Shown here piece after piece: positions 29,567-40,616 of a stretch of 64,000 nucleotides of DNA (its first letter is position 1; each line of letters starts with the position of its first letter). The position numbers were made by a program, and so were the translations under genes. The notes under the pieces were generated by a model that did not search any database, was not told the origin of the DNA, and worked only from the letters and a program-made list of their open reading frames with translations. Source of the DNA: Candidatus Hydrogenedentota bacterium (lineage in GTDB: Bacteria > Hydrogenedentota > Hydrogenedentia > Hydrogenedentales > SLHB01); assembly GCA_963745075.1 (NCBI GenBank), contig CAVUWV010000024.1:448443-512442 (forward strand). Reading direction: 5' to 3'.

Positions 29567-31118
29567 TCAGGACATAGGTAACACTTGAGTGTCCACCGAT
29601 GGCGCTGATTCCACAGATTAACACGAATTCAAGAAATGGATCGTTGGAAGGGAGCATGGGCGTCTCGCCCGTGGTGGGGGCGGGGTTGCGCGGCGGTTGG
29701 AGATGGGCTGCGTAATGGGGTCACGATTGGGGTGCGGTGAAGCGAAGAGCAACGGGCGAGACGCCCGTTCTCCCTTGAACCATCCAGTCTGATTCCGATC
29801 ATCATTTCTGGACCCGCCCGTTCGACTGTCTTCAGCCCCCGGGCGTTCCGCGACGCCGACGCTCCCCTACACCATCGGCATACTCGCGACAGCGTCGAGC
29901 GGGCACCGGTACTGGATGGCGCCGAAGGGGGTTTCGTTGAGATGTTTCGTCATCTTCCAGGGGGTCATGTCGTCGCGGGCGAGGTGGAACTTGCACGAAT
30001 TCATCATGCCGTTCATGGACCCGAGCACCGACCGGCTCGCCGTTTTCGCGAGGATGACGCTGTCCGTATACGGCGCGATGCACCGTTCGTAGACGAGGCC
30101 AGATCCGCAGACCACAGCCCGAACCCCTGCCGTCCCTCTCCCTCTAAACCGCAATCGGCCCTTCTAGCTTCCAGTCTCCCGACTCCGGACCCCAGCCTGT
30201 TATCTGGACCCGCTCCGCCGTAAACACGTTCGCGTACCAGACGAGATGGGGCCGCGTCTCCGAAGCCACCGTCCCCAACTCCTGCACGCGGAACTTCGCC
30301 TCTTGCCTCGGTAATTCGTAGTCTGTCCCTGAATTTTGTGTTCCAGGGGGTCATGTCGTCGCGGGCGAGGTGGAACTTGCACGAATTCATCATGCCGTTC
30401 ATGGACCCGAGCACCGACCGGCTCGCCGTTTTCGCGAGGATGACGCTGTCCGTATACGGCGCGATGCACCGTTCGTAGACGAGGCCAGATCCGCAGACCA
30501 CAGCCCGAACCCCTGCCGTCCCTCTCCCTCTAAACCGCAATCGGCCCTTCTAGCTTAGTCTCCCGGACTCCGGACCCCAGCCTGTTATCTGGACCCGTCC
30601 GCCGTAAACACGTTCGCGTACCAGACGAATGGGGCCGCGTCTCCGAAGCCACCGTCCCAAACTCCTGCACGCGGAACTTGCCTCATGCCTCGGTAATTCG
30701 TAGTCTGTCGGAAGCGGAATTTTGCGTATTGTGGGAACTCTGGATCTTCCACCGTGTGGTTCAAGGCCGCCGTGATAAAGTTTTCGGCTAACCCCAAACT
30801 GGATTTATCGCTATACGGCCGATCCGAATGAAGGATAAACAAACCCATGGAATGCGAGACTACCCAACCCAAACGCGCAGGGGCGGCCACGGCCGCCCCC
30901 GCTCATTACGTCGGCGGCCCCCCATGGCGCTCGGGGTGCTTCCACGGGCGGGACGCCCTGTCCCCAGGCGGGCAAAGACAGTATGGACCCCATACCCACC
31001 GAACCGTCAAGTACGAACCACTCAACCAAACGTTGCTTCCGGCACCGGGCTGGAAGATAATCGAAAGTGCGAAAAGTGTTACCCATGTCCTGACACTCAA
31101 GTGTTACCTATGTCCTGA
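29567..31118. mobile_element. Non-autonomous element bounded by a perfect 27-bp inverted repeat (IS481-like ends)
   Basis: TCAGGACATAGGTAACACTTGAGTGTC (29567-29593) and GACACTCAAGTGTTACCTATGTCCTGA (31092-31118). Tandem AAGTGTTACC(C/T)ATGTCCTGA subrepeats at the right end. No transposase inside. Confidence 0.7.
29867..30709 (-). pseudogene. Fragments of a DUF6933-like gene within a ~370-bp direct duplication
   Basis: WYANVFTA, AKTASRSVLGSMN and LNETP motifs. Copies at 29955-30327 and 30341-30709. Confidence 0.6.
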
Positions 31119-31684
31119 TCGCCTTCGCCGTGTAGCTCTTCCAACTGTGCACGATTCCGGACCAAGTCATACCCGGTCATGGGTCGAAACAGGACATGGA
31201 CATGATTCGGCATCACGACGAAAGCACCGAGCACGTAGCGGTTCCCATGAAAATAGCGCAAGGCCCCGGCGACGACTTCCGCGCAGTCCGGCCGCCGCAA
31301 CACGCAGGAGCCGTAGCCCGCGTCCAGCCATTCATTCAAACGTGCGCGGCGCCGGGCGCGATACGCCTTCTTGGTCACGTCATCCCAAGGTTCCGGATGC
31401 CGAGCCAGCCACGCATTGCGTTCGGCTTGCCACTGGGCGAGCTTGGATTGCGGCAACGAATCCGCCAACCGCCAGGTCACGAATTGCCAGACTCCGTCCT
31501 GCTGCCAATGGGGAAGATTTCGCTCATGCCGGGCAATCTCCCCAGCCGGATTCAGAAACGGACCACTGGAGAACGCATCAAACTCACCATTGGCAGAGAC
31601 ATCTTCTGATAAGGAATCGTTCAATGGGGCACGGGCGTCTCGCCCGTGGGTCTTTTCCCGTTTCCAGTAGTTGTCGTCTTCCAT
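31119..31684 (-). pseudogene. REP-associated tyrosine transposase (RAYT/IS200-like HUH), 3'-truncated
   Basis: RNLPHW...FVTWRLADSLP and FVVMPNHVHVLF (HUH). After a frameshift it reads IVHSWKSYTAKAI and then stops inside the 27-bp IR. The catalytic Tyr region is missing. Confidence 0.85.
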
Positions 31685-31823
31685 AGTCTGCCTCCGGCCG
31701 CGATTCTACTCCACACCCCCCACGGGCGGGACGCCCGTGCCCCATTTCCCGTTCCGGTGTTCGTAGTCTGTCTCCGGCCGCGGTTCTGTTTCATCTTTTC
31801 CACGGGCGGGACGCCCGTGCCCC
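31627..31823. repeat. REP cluster CACGGGCG(G/A)GACGCCCGTGCCCC at the 5' end of RAYT
   Basis: Copies at ~31627, 31720 and 31800. Relatives at ~1044, 29650, 29751 and 30941. Confidence 0.85.
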
Positions 31824-31949
31824 TGTACGTCGCCTCATATTACGACCTCGGTTCCGCAATCTGCTATCCTCCCTCTTTCGTGCGGGATTTTGGTTTTCCC
31901 GCGTTCACGCGTGACAGGACGGAGGATCCACGCCGGTTCGGGCGACACC

Positions 31950-34532
31950 ATGGCGAAGGTAATTGGACAGAAGGCGGCGCAGCGGATTAGCGAGGACGCG
32001 GCGCGGGCTATGGTGGCGGCGATTGAGGAGGTGGGGGGACGGGAGGTCTTTTTCGCGGGGGCGTTGAACGCGGAGGGGATGGTGATTCGCGTGCGGGTGT
32101 GGGCGCGGGGGACGGAAGGCGCGGTGCCTGCCATTATGGAGGGGTTGCAGAAGGGGGAGGTGGTCATCCACAACCATCCCGGGGGCAATATTGCGCCGTC
32201 GGATGCGGACCTCCAGTTGGCGACGATTTTCGGGTTCAACGGGCACGGCGTGTATATCGTGAACAACGCGGTGACCCGCGTGTACGTCGTCGTGGAACCG
32301 TTCCTGGACAAGGACCGGACGCCCCTCAACGCGGACGAACTCGCGGACTTCCTGAAGCCCGGCACGCGGCTGGCCCGGTCCATCGACCATTTTGAGGTGC
32401 GGCCGCAGCAGATCGACATGATGAAGCACGTGGCCCGCGCGTTTAACGATAACGGCATCGCCGTCGTCGAAGCGCCGACCGGCGTCGGCAAGACCATCGC
32501 GTACCTGCTGCCGGCGGTGTTGTGGTCCATCGGCAACAAGGAACGGGTGGTCATCTCGACGAAGACCATCAACCTCCAGGAGCAAATCATCGCGAAAGAC
32601 ATCCCCGTCGTGCAGCGGTGTTTGAAGGATCCCGTCACGGCGGTGCTGGTGAAAGGGCGGGGCAACTACCTCTGCCGGCGGAAACTGGAGCGGGCCCTGT
32701 CCGAGGCGACGCTGTTTGACGACGAGAAGGAGGAGCACGGGCTCCGCGCCATCGCCGAGTGGGCGGAGAAGACGGAGGACGGCAGCCTGTCGGACCTGTC
32801 CTTCGTGCCGGGGCGGGGCTTGTGGAGTTCGGTGTGCTCCGAGGCGGACACGTGCCGCATCTCGAACTGTCCCAACCCCGGCAAATGTTTCATTGGCAGG
32901 GCGCGTCGCGACGTGGCGAAGGCGGACATCCTCGTGGTGAACCACCACATGCTGTTCTCCGACCTCGCCATCAAGCGGGAGACCGGCAATTTTACTGCGT
33001 CCGGCGTGTTGCCGTCGTACCGGCGCGTCATCTTCGACGAGGCCCACAACATCGAAGACTCGGCCACCGAGTATTTCGGCGTGGAGGTCACGCGGCTGGG
33101 GGCCATGGCGCTCATCGGCCGTTTCGTTCGGAGCGAACGCAACCAGGAACGCGGGTTGATCCCGTACCTGAAACTGAAGCTCCAGAAAGATCCTCACGGC
33201 CCGACCGGCGCGGAATTTGAGGCGATCCTCGATCTCGCCGACAACCAGTTGCTGCCCGCCCTCGCCGCGGCGCGGGAGGCGTTGATTGCCGTGTTCGAGA
33301 CGGTCCGCTCGCTGACGGCGGAACGGTGCGGGCAGGTCGGCCGCGATATCAAGTGGCGGCTGACGCAGGAGGCCTTGGACGACCCCGAGCTGCGCGAGAT
33401 TCATAACGTCTACGTATTGCCCGCCGTGGAAGAGGCCATGACGGCGGCCCGCGTCGCCACGGCGTTGGCGAAGCGCGTCCGGGAAATCCCGAAACCGGAC
33501 GACGGCAGCGAATCGCCCTTCCTGACCGAACTGCTGCAACTCGAAGCCTTCCGCGACCGTCTGGTCCGCCTCGGCAACAATCTGGCGGAAGGCACCAACG
33601 AGAAGCTGGAGGCCAACACGGTCCGGTGGATCGAGATCGACGCCTCGAACAAGAATATCGTTCGCATCGTGCGGTGTCCGCTCGAAGTGGGGGAGCCCAT
33701 GGCCGACTGGGTCTACAGCAACCTGCGGAGCGTCATCATGACCTCGGCCACGCTGACCGTTCGGCGCAATTTTGACTACCTTTCCTCCCGCATCGGTCTG
33801 GACCGTATGCACGAGCCCGAGCCGGACCAACTGGAACTGGATTCGCCCTTTGACTTCGAGACCCAGGCATTGCTATGTGTGCCGACCGACATAAAGGCGC
33901 CCGACGAGCGCGGGTTTCTGGAGGAGACCGTCGACCACATCCGCGAGATCCTGACGGTGACCCGGGGGCACGCGTTTGTGCTGTTCACGTCCTTCTTCGC
34001 CCTCGATTTTGCGTTTCGCCGGCTGGAAACTGAACTGAAAGCGCGGGGCATCACGCCGTTGAAACAAGGCGGCGCGGCACGGAGCCAGTTGCTGGATCGG
34101 TTCCGGTCGGATACGGCGAGCGTCCTGTTCGGCACGGACAGCTTCTGGGAAGGGGTGGACGTTGCCGGGGAGGCCCTGCAGTGCGTTATACTCCAGAAAC
34201 TTCCGTTCCGGGTGCCGACCGAGCCCGTGCTGGAGGCCCGCGCCGAAGCCATCGAGGCCCGTGGCGGAAACTCGTTCATGGACTACACCGTGCCCCAGGC
34301 CGTCATCAAGTTCCGGCAGGGGTTCGGGCGGCTCATTCGCCGGAAGACGGACCGGGGCGCTATCGTCGTGCTGGACAAACGGGTGATGACCAAGCGCTAC
34401 GGGAAGCTGTTCCTGGAATCGTTGCCCGGCGCGAAGGTCGTGTCCGGCCCCCGGCAAGGGGTGTATCTTGCGCTCCGGAAGTTTTTTGGGTCGGAGCCGC
34501 CGGAGGACGACGGCCGGATGGGTGAGCGGTGA
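31950..34532 (+). CDS. dinG: DinG/YoaA-family helicase with an N-terminal RadC-like JAB domain
   Basis: IHNHPGG...SDAD (JAB), EAPTGVGKT, KGRGNYLC, Fe-S cysteines, DEAH, TSATL, FWEGVD, QGFGRLIR. Confidence 0.92.
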   Translation: MAKVIGQKAAQRISEDAARAMVAAIEEVGGREVFFAGALNAEGMVIRVRVWARGTEGAVPAIMEGLQKGEVVIHNHPGGNIAPSDADLQLATIFGFNGHGVYIVNNAVTRVYVVVEPFLDKDRTPLNADELADFLKPGTRLARSIDHFEVRPQQIDMMKHVARAFNDNGIAVVEAPTGVGKTIAYLLPAVLWSIGNKERVVISTKTINLQEQIIAKDIPVVQRCLKDPVTAVLVKGRGNYLCRRKLERALSEATLFDDEKEEHGLRAIAEWAEKTEDGSLSDLSFVPGRGLWSSVCSEADTCRISNCPNPGKCFIGRARRDVAKADILVVNHHMLFSDLAIKRETGNFTASGVLPSYRRVIFDEAHNIEDSATEYFGVEVTRLGAMALIGRFVRSERNQERGLIPYLKLKLQKDPHGPTGAEFEAILDLADNQLLPALAAAREALIAVFETVRSLTAERCGQVGRDIKWRLTQEALDDPELREIHNVYVLPAVEEAMTAARVATALAKRVREIPKPDDGSESPFLTELLQLEAFRDRLVRLGNNLAEGTNEKLEANTVRWIEIDASNKNIVRIVRCPLEVGEPMADWVYSNLRSVIMTSATLTVRRNFDYLSSRIGLDRMHEPEPDQLELDSPFDFETQALLCVPTDIKAPDERGFLEETVDHIREILTVTRGHAFVLFTSFFALDFAFRRLETELKARGITPLKQGGAARSQLLDRFRSDTASVLFGTDSFWEGVDVAGEALQCVILQKLPFRVPTEPVLEARAEAIEARGGNSFMDYTVPQAVIKFRQGFGRLIRRKTDRGAIVVLDKRVMTKRYGKLFLESLPGAKVVSGPRQGVYLALRKFFGSEPPEDDGRMGER

Positions 34533-34567
34533 CGTTTCGATTCGCGGATGATTAGGATCAACCAAGC

Positions 34568-36167
34568 ATGGATAACCCACAGTTCCCTGAATACGGTGAC
34601 GGCGGCGATTACATTGGCGCGCGGCGGATGCGCCGCGCGTTTCGCTGGTGCGCAGCGGTCGTTTTTCTGTTCACCGCCATGCTGTGGTTCAGCGAGCATT
34701 TTCTTCGTTACGACCACGCGGAACGGTTGTACCTCGCAGCGCTCACGAAACAGCCGGAAGCGGGGCGTAATTTCCTGCGTCAGGCCGTCGTGCACGACCG
34801 GGAAAGGAACGACATCCCGAACCCGAAATACATCGAAGCCCTCGCCGAACGGGAAGAATCGGACCTGATCCTGCCCACCTACGAGGAAGCCTTCTCGCTC
34901 GACCCGAACGATTCGGCCCTGGCGATCCGCTACGGATGCCGGCTTTTTCACGAAGGTCAGATGACCAGCGCCCGGCAAAAATTCCGGACCGCGGCTGAGC
35001 TGGCGCCCAAGAACCTCCTGCCGGTCTACCTCGAAGCGTCGGTCATGCCGTGGCTGGACCCCGAAAACGAGGATATCGAGCCCGCCATGGCTTTGGTCGT
35101 TCGGGCGAACGGGACTCCCGGCGCCGTGACCTTTCCCAAACCCCTCTGGTCGCCGTCGTTGCCGCAGTCGGGCTATTGGTACGCCTATCTGCGGCGCAAC
35201 CTCGTGGACGAGTGCAGCCAGCCCCTGTACCGGTTTGCCGGGGTCGTCTTCGAGCGCGCGGAACTGGACATCACGGCGGGAAATTTTCAACCCTGGCGGG
35301 AGCGGCTCGCCGCAATGCACCGCATGGGGACATTGATTGCCCACGGGGCTCTCGATACGGAAACGCCGCATAGCCCCGAACTCTCCGTCGGCGGGGCACT
35401 GCAAGCCTATCTCGGATTGACCATCGTCGGCCGCGCCGTCGAGCAGGAGAAACGGCTTGCCGCCAAGACCGGGGAAAAGCCCGAAGACGATCTGGATCAA
35501 CTCGCGGTCGAGGTGGAGCAAGGTAAGAAAGCGATTCAGTCGTTCGAGGCCAGGCGCCAGGACATTGTCACCGGCGAACTCGAGAAATACCGGTTTCCCA
35601 TCCGAATTTGTTTGAAGACGTTAGCGTTCATCACCGGCTGGTATCTGCTGGTGTATCTGATCTGCAAGATTCTCCGCGTATCCAGCACGTCCCACAACGT
35701 CGGGCACTCCCGGTCGGGCCGATTCGCATTGGGACTGTGGGGTCTGACCGTGTTGGGAATACTGACGCTCTTGGCCCTGATCCAACACGCGACGGTCGGC
35801 GAAATGCCCGGTCAACGGGCGCTGTCGACCTGTGGTGGACTCTGACCACGTGCTTCGTCGTATTCGGCCTCATTTACCCCCGTCTGCGGTTGGCGCCGGT
35901 CGCGCAGGCCGTCGAGGAGGCACGCAGCCGGGGGCAGGAGTCCGTTTCGGAACAGGACGCCCGCCGGCACTACCGGACCGCATACTGCTCACTGGCGCGC
36001 CGGTATCTGGGAATCATGTTCGGAGTTACCCTTTCCGCCATCTGTATTTGGGCGGTCGCCTACCGCATTGCGCTCGGCGTCTATCCTTGGGAAGTCGAGT
36101 TTTGGCGGTGGGACTCCGCGGCGAAGAGCTGGAGTTGGTCCGCCAGGTGATTGCCATTCTGGTGTAG
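34568..36167 (+). CDS. Membrane protein with a TPR-like periplasmic region (frameshifted near the C-terminus)
   Basis: N-terminal TM, helical TPR-like region, and several C-terminal TMs spread over three frames. Confidence 0.65.
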
Positions 36168-36248
36168 TTAGGGGACTTCGGGGCGTGGGACGAGGCTTCC
36201 TGAGACTCAGAAAATCCCGGAAGTCTGGACGGCGGGAGCGGTTGTCAT

Positions 36249-36278
36249 TTGACAAAACCGGAAAATGGCGGCTATAAT
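36249..36278 (+). promoter_or_regulatory. Consensus sigma70 promoter
   Basis: TTGACA-18 bp-TATAAT upstream of the response regulator. Confidence 0.75.
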
Positions 36279-36362
36279 TTGTGAGAAGGTGCTTATTCTG
36301 CGAATATGAGACGAAGGGGTTTTCGTTTTCTTTTCGACAAATCACTTGGGAGGGATTATCAC

Positions 36363-36947
36363 GTGAGCGACCGCGAGCAAAAGGCTTACACCACGTTTGA
36401 AGCGGCAAAGATTTGCCACGTCACCCACCATAGCATCAAGAACTGGATCAAACAGGGGTTGATCAAGGCGTCCCGCACGCCGGGCGGCCACTACCGAATT
36501 CTCGAAGAAGACCTCGACAGCTTCCGCGAACAATACGACATGTTCCCCCGGGACAAGGCATCCAGCAAGAAGCGGGTCATGATTGTGGACGATGACCCGG
36601 ATGCGCTGAGCCTGATGGAGAAGATTCTCACGGACGAAGGGTTCGAGCTGGTCAAGGTGAGCAACGCGACGGAGGTGGGGCTTAAAGCGGCCCAATTGTC
36701 GCCCGATCTGATTTTATTGGATTTTCTCATGCCGGAGATCAACGGGTTCGAGGTTACCAAGGCATTGCGCGATAACGAACTCACGCGGTCCACGCCGATC
36801 ATGGCCGTCACGTGCCTGACCAAGGAGCAGGATATCGAGCGGATTTTCTCTTGCGGCGCCGACGAGTATCTGGCGAAACCATTCAAGGTTGACCAGTTAC
36901 TGGAGAAGGTGCGAGAATTGATCGGCCGGGGCCGCATGATCGAATAA
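36363..36947 (+). CDS. Response regulator with an N-terminal excisionase-like HTH
   Basis: YTTFEAAKIC...IKNWIKQG..KASRTPGGHYRI, then a REC domain (VDDD, LLDFLMP, KPF). RBS GGGAGG precedes GTG. Confidence 0.92.
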   Translation: MSDREQKAYTTFEAAKICHVTHHSIKNWIKQGLIKASRTPGGHYRILEEDLDSFREQYDMFPRDKASSKKRVMIVDDDPDALSLMEKILTDEGFELVKVSNATEVGLKAAQLSPDLILLDFLMPEINGFEVTKALRDNELTRSTPIMAVTCLTKEQDIERIFSCGADEYLAKPFKVDQLLEKVRELIGRGRMIE

Positions 36948-36964
36948 GCCTCGCCGAGGAGACA

Positions 36965-39900
36965 ATGCCTGGTACCACCACTCCACGTCGCGGAATCGAA
37001 CGGAAGATACTTACGTCGATTCTGTCGTATTCCATTTTTCCGCTGGCGATCGTCATGTTGCTGGGGCTCTACATCGCCCGGGAGGGGCAGGGGAATTCCG
37101 TCGAGCAAACCCTGCTGACGGCTGCCCAGAAGACGTCCAGCGGTCTGCGAATTGCCGCCCTCGGACAGCTCAGTTCGATTCGCAACCTTGCAAAGGTCGA
37201 CCGTATCGTCGCAGCGCTGACGCCGAACGCGGCCGGGGACTCCGAGTATTCTGCGTTCGAAGGACGCGCGGGAGGTTCTGCAAGAGTATCTGGTCCAGTG
37301 GACCGGCCCGGAATCACCGAACGCCCTGCCCTCGATCATTGTGCTCTACGACGCCCATGGCAAGATCATCATGAGTACGCGCCCCCTGCCCAGGGAATTC
37401 AGCGATCACCCGGAATGGCAATGGATACTGGACGAAGCACGGTACGTTGATTTCGCCAACTGGTCCGATTCCCATCGGTATGTGGCCCAGACGGCCGCGC
37501 CGGTGACGTTCCCTAAACGAGAGAAAGAAGATCGGGTATGTGTCCACGGTGGTGACATCACTGCGCTGTTGAAGTTTGCCTTGGGATACGATCCTTATCG
37601 CGACAGCCCGCCTTCCGATACGGACACCTATCAGATCGCGTACTACCGATCGCTCGGGCACCATGAGCGTTGCGCGGTTGGACTCGCAGGCCGCGGGAGA
37701 ATGGCGCCGTTTTGACGGAACGGGTACCTTGGATGCACGAATCGCGAAGGTGCTTCTGAGTTCCGGCGAGGCGTAACTCGGGGACGATTCGTCCGACATG
37801 GTTCGCCGATACGGGTTCCATCAACGACTCGTTCGTCGCCTACGACCGACTTTTCGACGAAGAGAGTATCTACATCCTCGTGAGCCGGTCTTCGGCGGGG
37901 ACGTCTATCGGATCATCTAATGTCCGGTCTCGCCGCGCTGGCGGGGAGCTGCGGTGCTGATGGCCTTTCTTTGTTTGAACGCGTACCGGAACGTGCATAA
38001 CAACATTGTGCGGCCCGTGCTGTTGTTGAATGAGGGCGCCCAGATCATCGGGCAGGGCGACCTCGAACTCAAATTGAAGATCGGGACCGGCGACGAGATC
38101 GAGGAGTTGGCTTCTTCATTCAACAAGATGGCGCTCGCGCTCAAACGGAACATCCGACAGCTCGAGGAATCGGAGGAAAAGTACCGCGGGCTCGTCACAT
38201 CGATGCGTGACGGCATCTTCCAGACCGACCCGGACGGAATCATCAATTTCATGAATCCGGCCGGTGTCGAGGTCTTCGGGTTCGCGCAGGTCGAAGAGGC
38301 TTTGGGACAGAACGTCCGCGACTCGTTTCTCGAAGACGACGACTTGGACCGATTCAATTCCACGCTGCAAATCGAAGGTTTTGTTGAACGCACGCGCGTG
38401 TGGATGAAACGGCAGGATGGCCGCGCAATCTGCGTGGAGTTGTCCGGCAATCTCATGCACGACGACGAACAGAACGTCATCGGTGCGGAGGGGATTTTCC
38501 GCGACGTGACGAAGAGCATTCGGCTCGAACACGAAGCGCGCGACCGTGCCGAACGATTGAGCGCTATCAATCAGATTGCAAACGTGATCAACTCGAGCCT
38601 CGAGGCCGGCCGGCTATATGAAAGCCTGGTGGTCGAGGTCAAGAAACTGATCGATTTCGACTACGCCGAGTTGGCCCTGCTCCGGGAATCCGGCCACGCG
38701 TTCGTGGTGCGGCAACTGTGGCCGGAACATGGCGAGAACGAGGAGCGCGAATATCCCCTGGACGACGACCGCAACTGTTCCGCCTGGGTTGCGCAGCAGC
38801 AAGAATGTCTGCTGGTGCAAGACCTGACGGAAGACGGGACGCCGTTTGCGGAACAATATCCTGAGGGAACTCGCAGTTGCGTCTGCATCCCGCTGTATGC
38901 CACCGGGCGTATTATCGGCACGCTGAACGTTGGTTCCAACCGCAAATCGGCGTTCTCGAAACATGACGTGGAAGTGCTCGAACAAGTGGCGCCGCACGTC
39001 GCCGTGGCGATTCGGAATGCGCATCTTCTGGAGAATCTACAGCTTTCCCTGGAAGAAGTGACCCGGGCCCGCGAGAAACTGCATGAGGCCAACGAGGAAC
39101 TGAAGACCCTGGACGAGATGAAGACCAATCTCTTGTCCAACGTTTCCCACGAGTTGCGCACCCCGTTGGTGGCGGTCATGGGCTATACTGACATGATCTT
39201 CAACGGGAAGGTGGGGCCCGTGAACGAGGTCCAGAAGGACTATCTCGGGATTAGTCTGCGCAATATCGAGAAGCTGGTGACCTTGATCGAGAACCTGCTC
39301 GATTTCTCCCGGCTCCATCGCGGTGCGGAAACGCTCGTGTTCGGGACTTTCGACCTCACGGAATGCGCCCGTCTGAGTATGCAGATCGTCCAACCTGTGG
39401 CAGACGGACGCGAAATCGAGTTGAAGCTCATTGCGCCGGAGGAACCCATGCTGGTGGACGGCGACAAGGGGAAAATGGGGCAGGTCTTCAACAACCTGTT
39501 GTCCAATGCGGTCAAGTTCAATCACAAAGGCGGCACGGTGACCGTGGAGATCCGGCCCACCTCGAGCAGCGTGGATGTCGAGGTCCGGGACACTGGTATC
39601 GGCATCCCGGAGGAGGCCGTAGATAAGGTTTTCACGCGCTTCTATCAGTACGACAGCTCGTCCACCCGCAAGTACGGCGGCACCGGTATCGGACTCTCCA
39701 TCGCCCAGGATATTGCGCGCCTGCACGGTAGCCGGATCACGGCATCCAGTGTGGAGGGCGAGGGCAGCACGTTCCGGTTCTCGTTGCCCGTTCGAGAGTC
39801 TCGCGTCAAGGAGGGCGTCGAAGGCGGGCCGGATGAAGTGATACCTTCGGGGACCCGGTTGCTGGTGGAGTTGGTAACCCACGACCGTTCATTGAGCATG

Positions 39901-40614
39901 CAGGTTCGGACGCTGTTGATGGCCGAAGGAATGGATGTGATCCACGCACTCAGCGCGGGGCACGCCATTACGCTGGCGCATCGGCATAGTCCTGACTGCA
40001 TTATCGTGGATGTCGAATCCACGGAAAAAGGGCAAGAGATCCTGGATACGATTCTATCCGATTCGACATCCCGGGACTTGCCGATTATCATGCTCTCGAG
40101 CGACGAAGAGTTGTATGGGCGTTACGAGGATTTGGTGGCGTCGCGAGTTAAACGGACGTTCCGGAAGAGTGCCTTGTTGAGTTCGATTCACTACGCTGTC
40201 GGCCGGGCCGTCGGCGTGACGGAAGCGCCGGGGCACCGGATTCTGTGCGTGGACGACGATAGTGAAATCTTGACATTTATGGTTCGCTGTCTCGAGGCCG
40301 ACGGATACGACGTTGCCCAGTGCTTGAACGGTGAAGAAGCGATTCGGCTGCTTGCGGGCGGGGATTTTGGTCTCGTGTTACTCGATATCGCCATGCCGGG
40401 CATGGATGGTTGGGAGACCTGCCGGCGTATCAAGTCGGATCCGGCGACGGCCGGGATCAGCGTCTACATGGTCACGGCGAAACCGATTGAGAGCTCTTCG
40501 CCACCGTTTCGAAGAAGCGGCGCTGACGGATACTTATTGAAGCCATTCCACGCGGAAGACCTGTTGGAACTGGTCCAAAGTCTTCCACTTCTGCGCGTTA
40601 CCAAAGAGGCATAG
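36965..40614 (+). CDS. Hybrid sensor histidine kinase (TM-HAMP-PAS-GAF-HisKA-HATPase-REC-REC); N-terminus frameshifted
   Basis: DEIEELASSFNKM, VSHELRTPL, NLLSNAVKF, DTGIGI, GGTGIGLSI and receiver domains. The periplasmic part is broken over several frames. Confidence 0.9.
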
Positions 40615-40616
40615 TC

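Noticed and set aside
29955..30709. DGR template/variable repeat pair
   Set aside because: The differences are mostly indels rather than adenine-specific substitutions, and the window has no reverse transcriptase.
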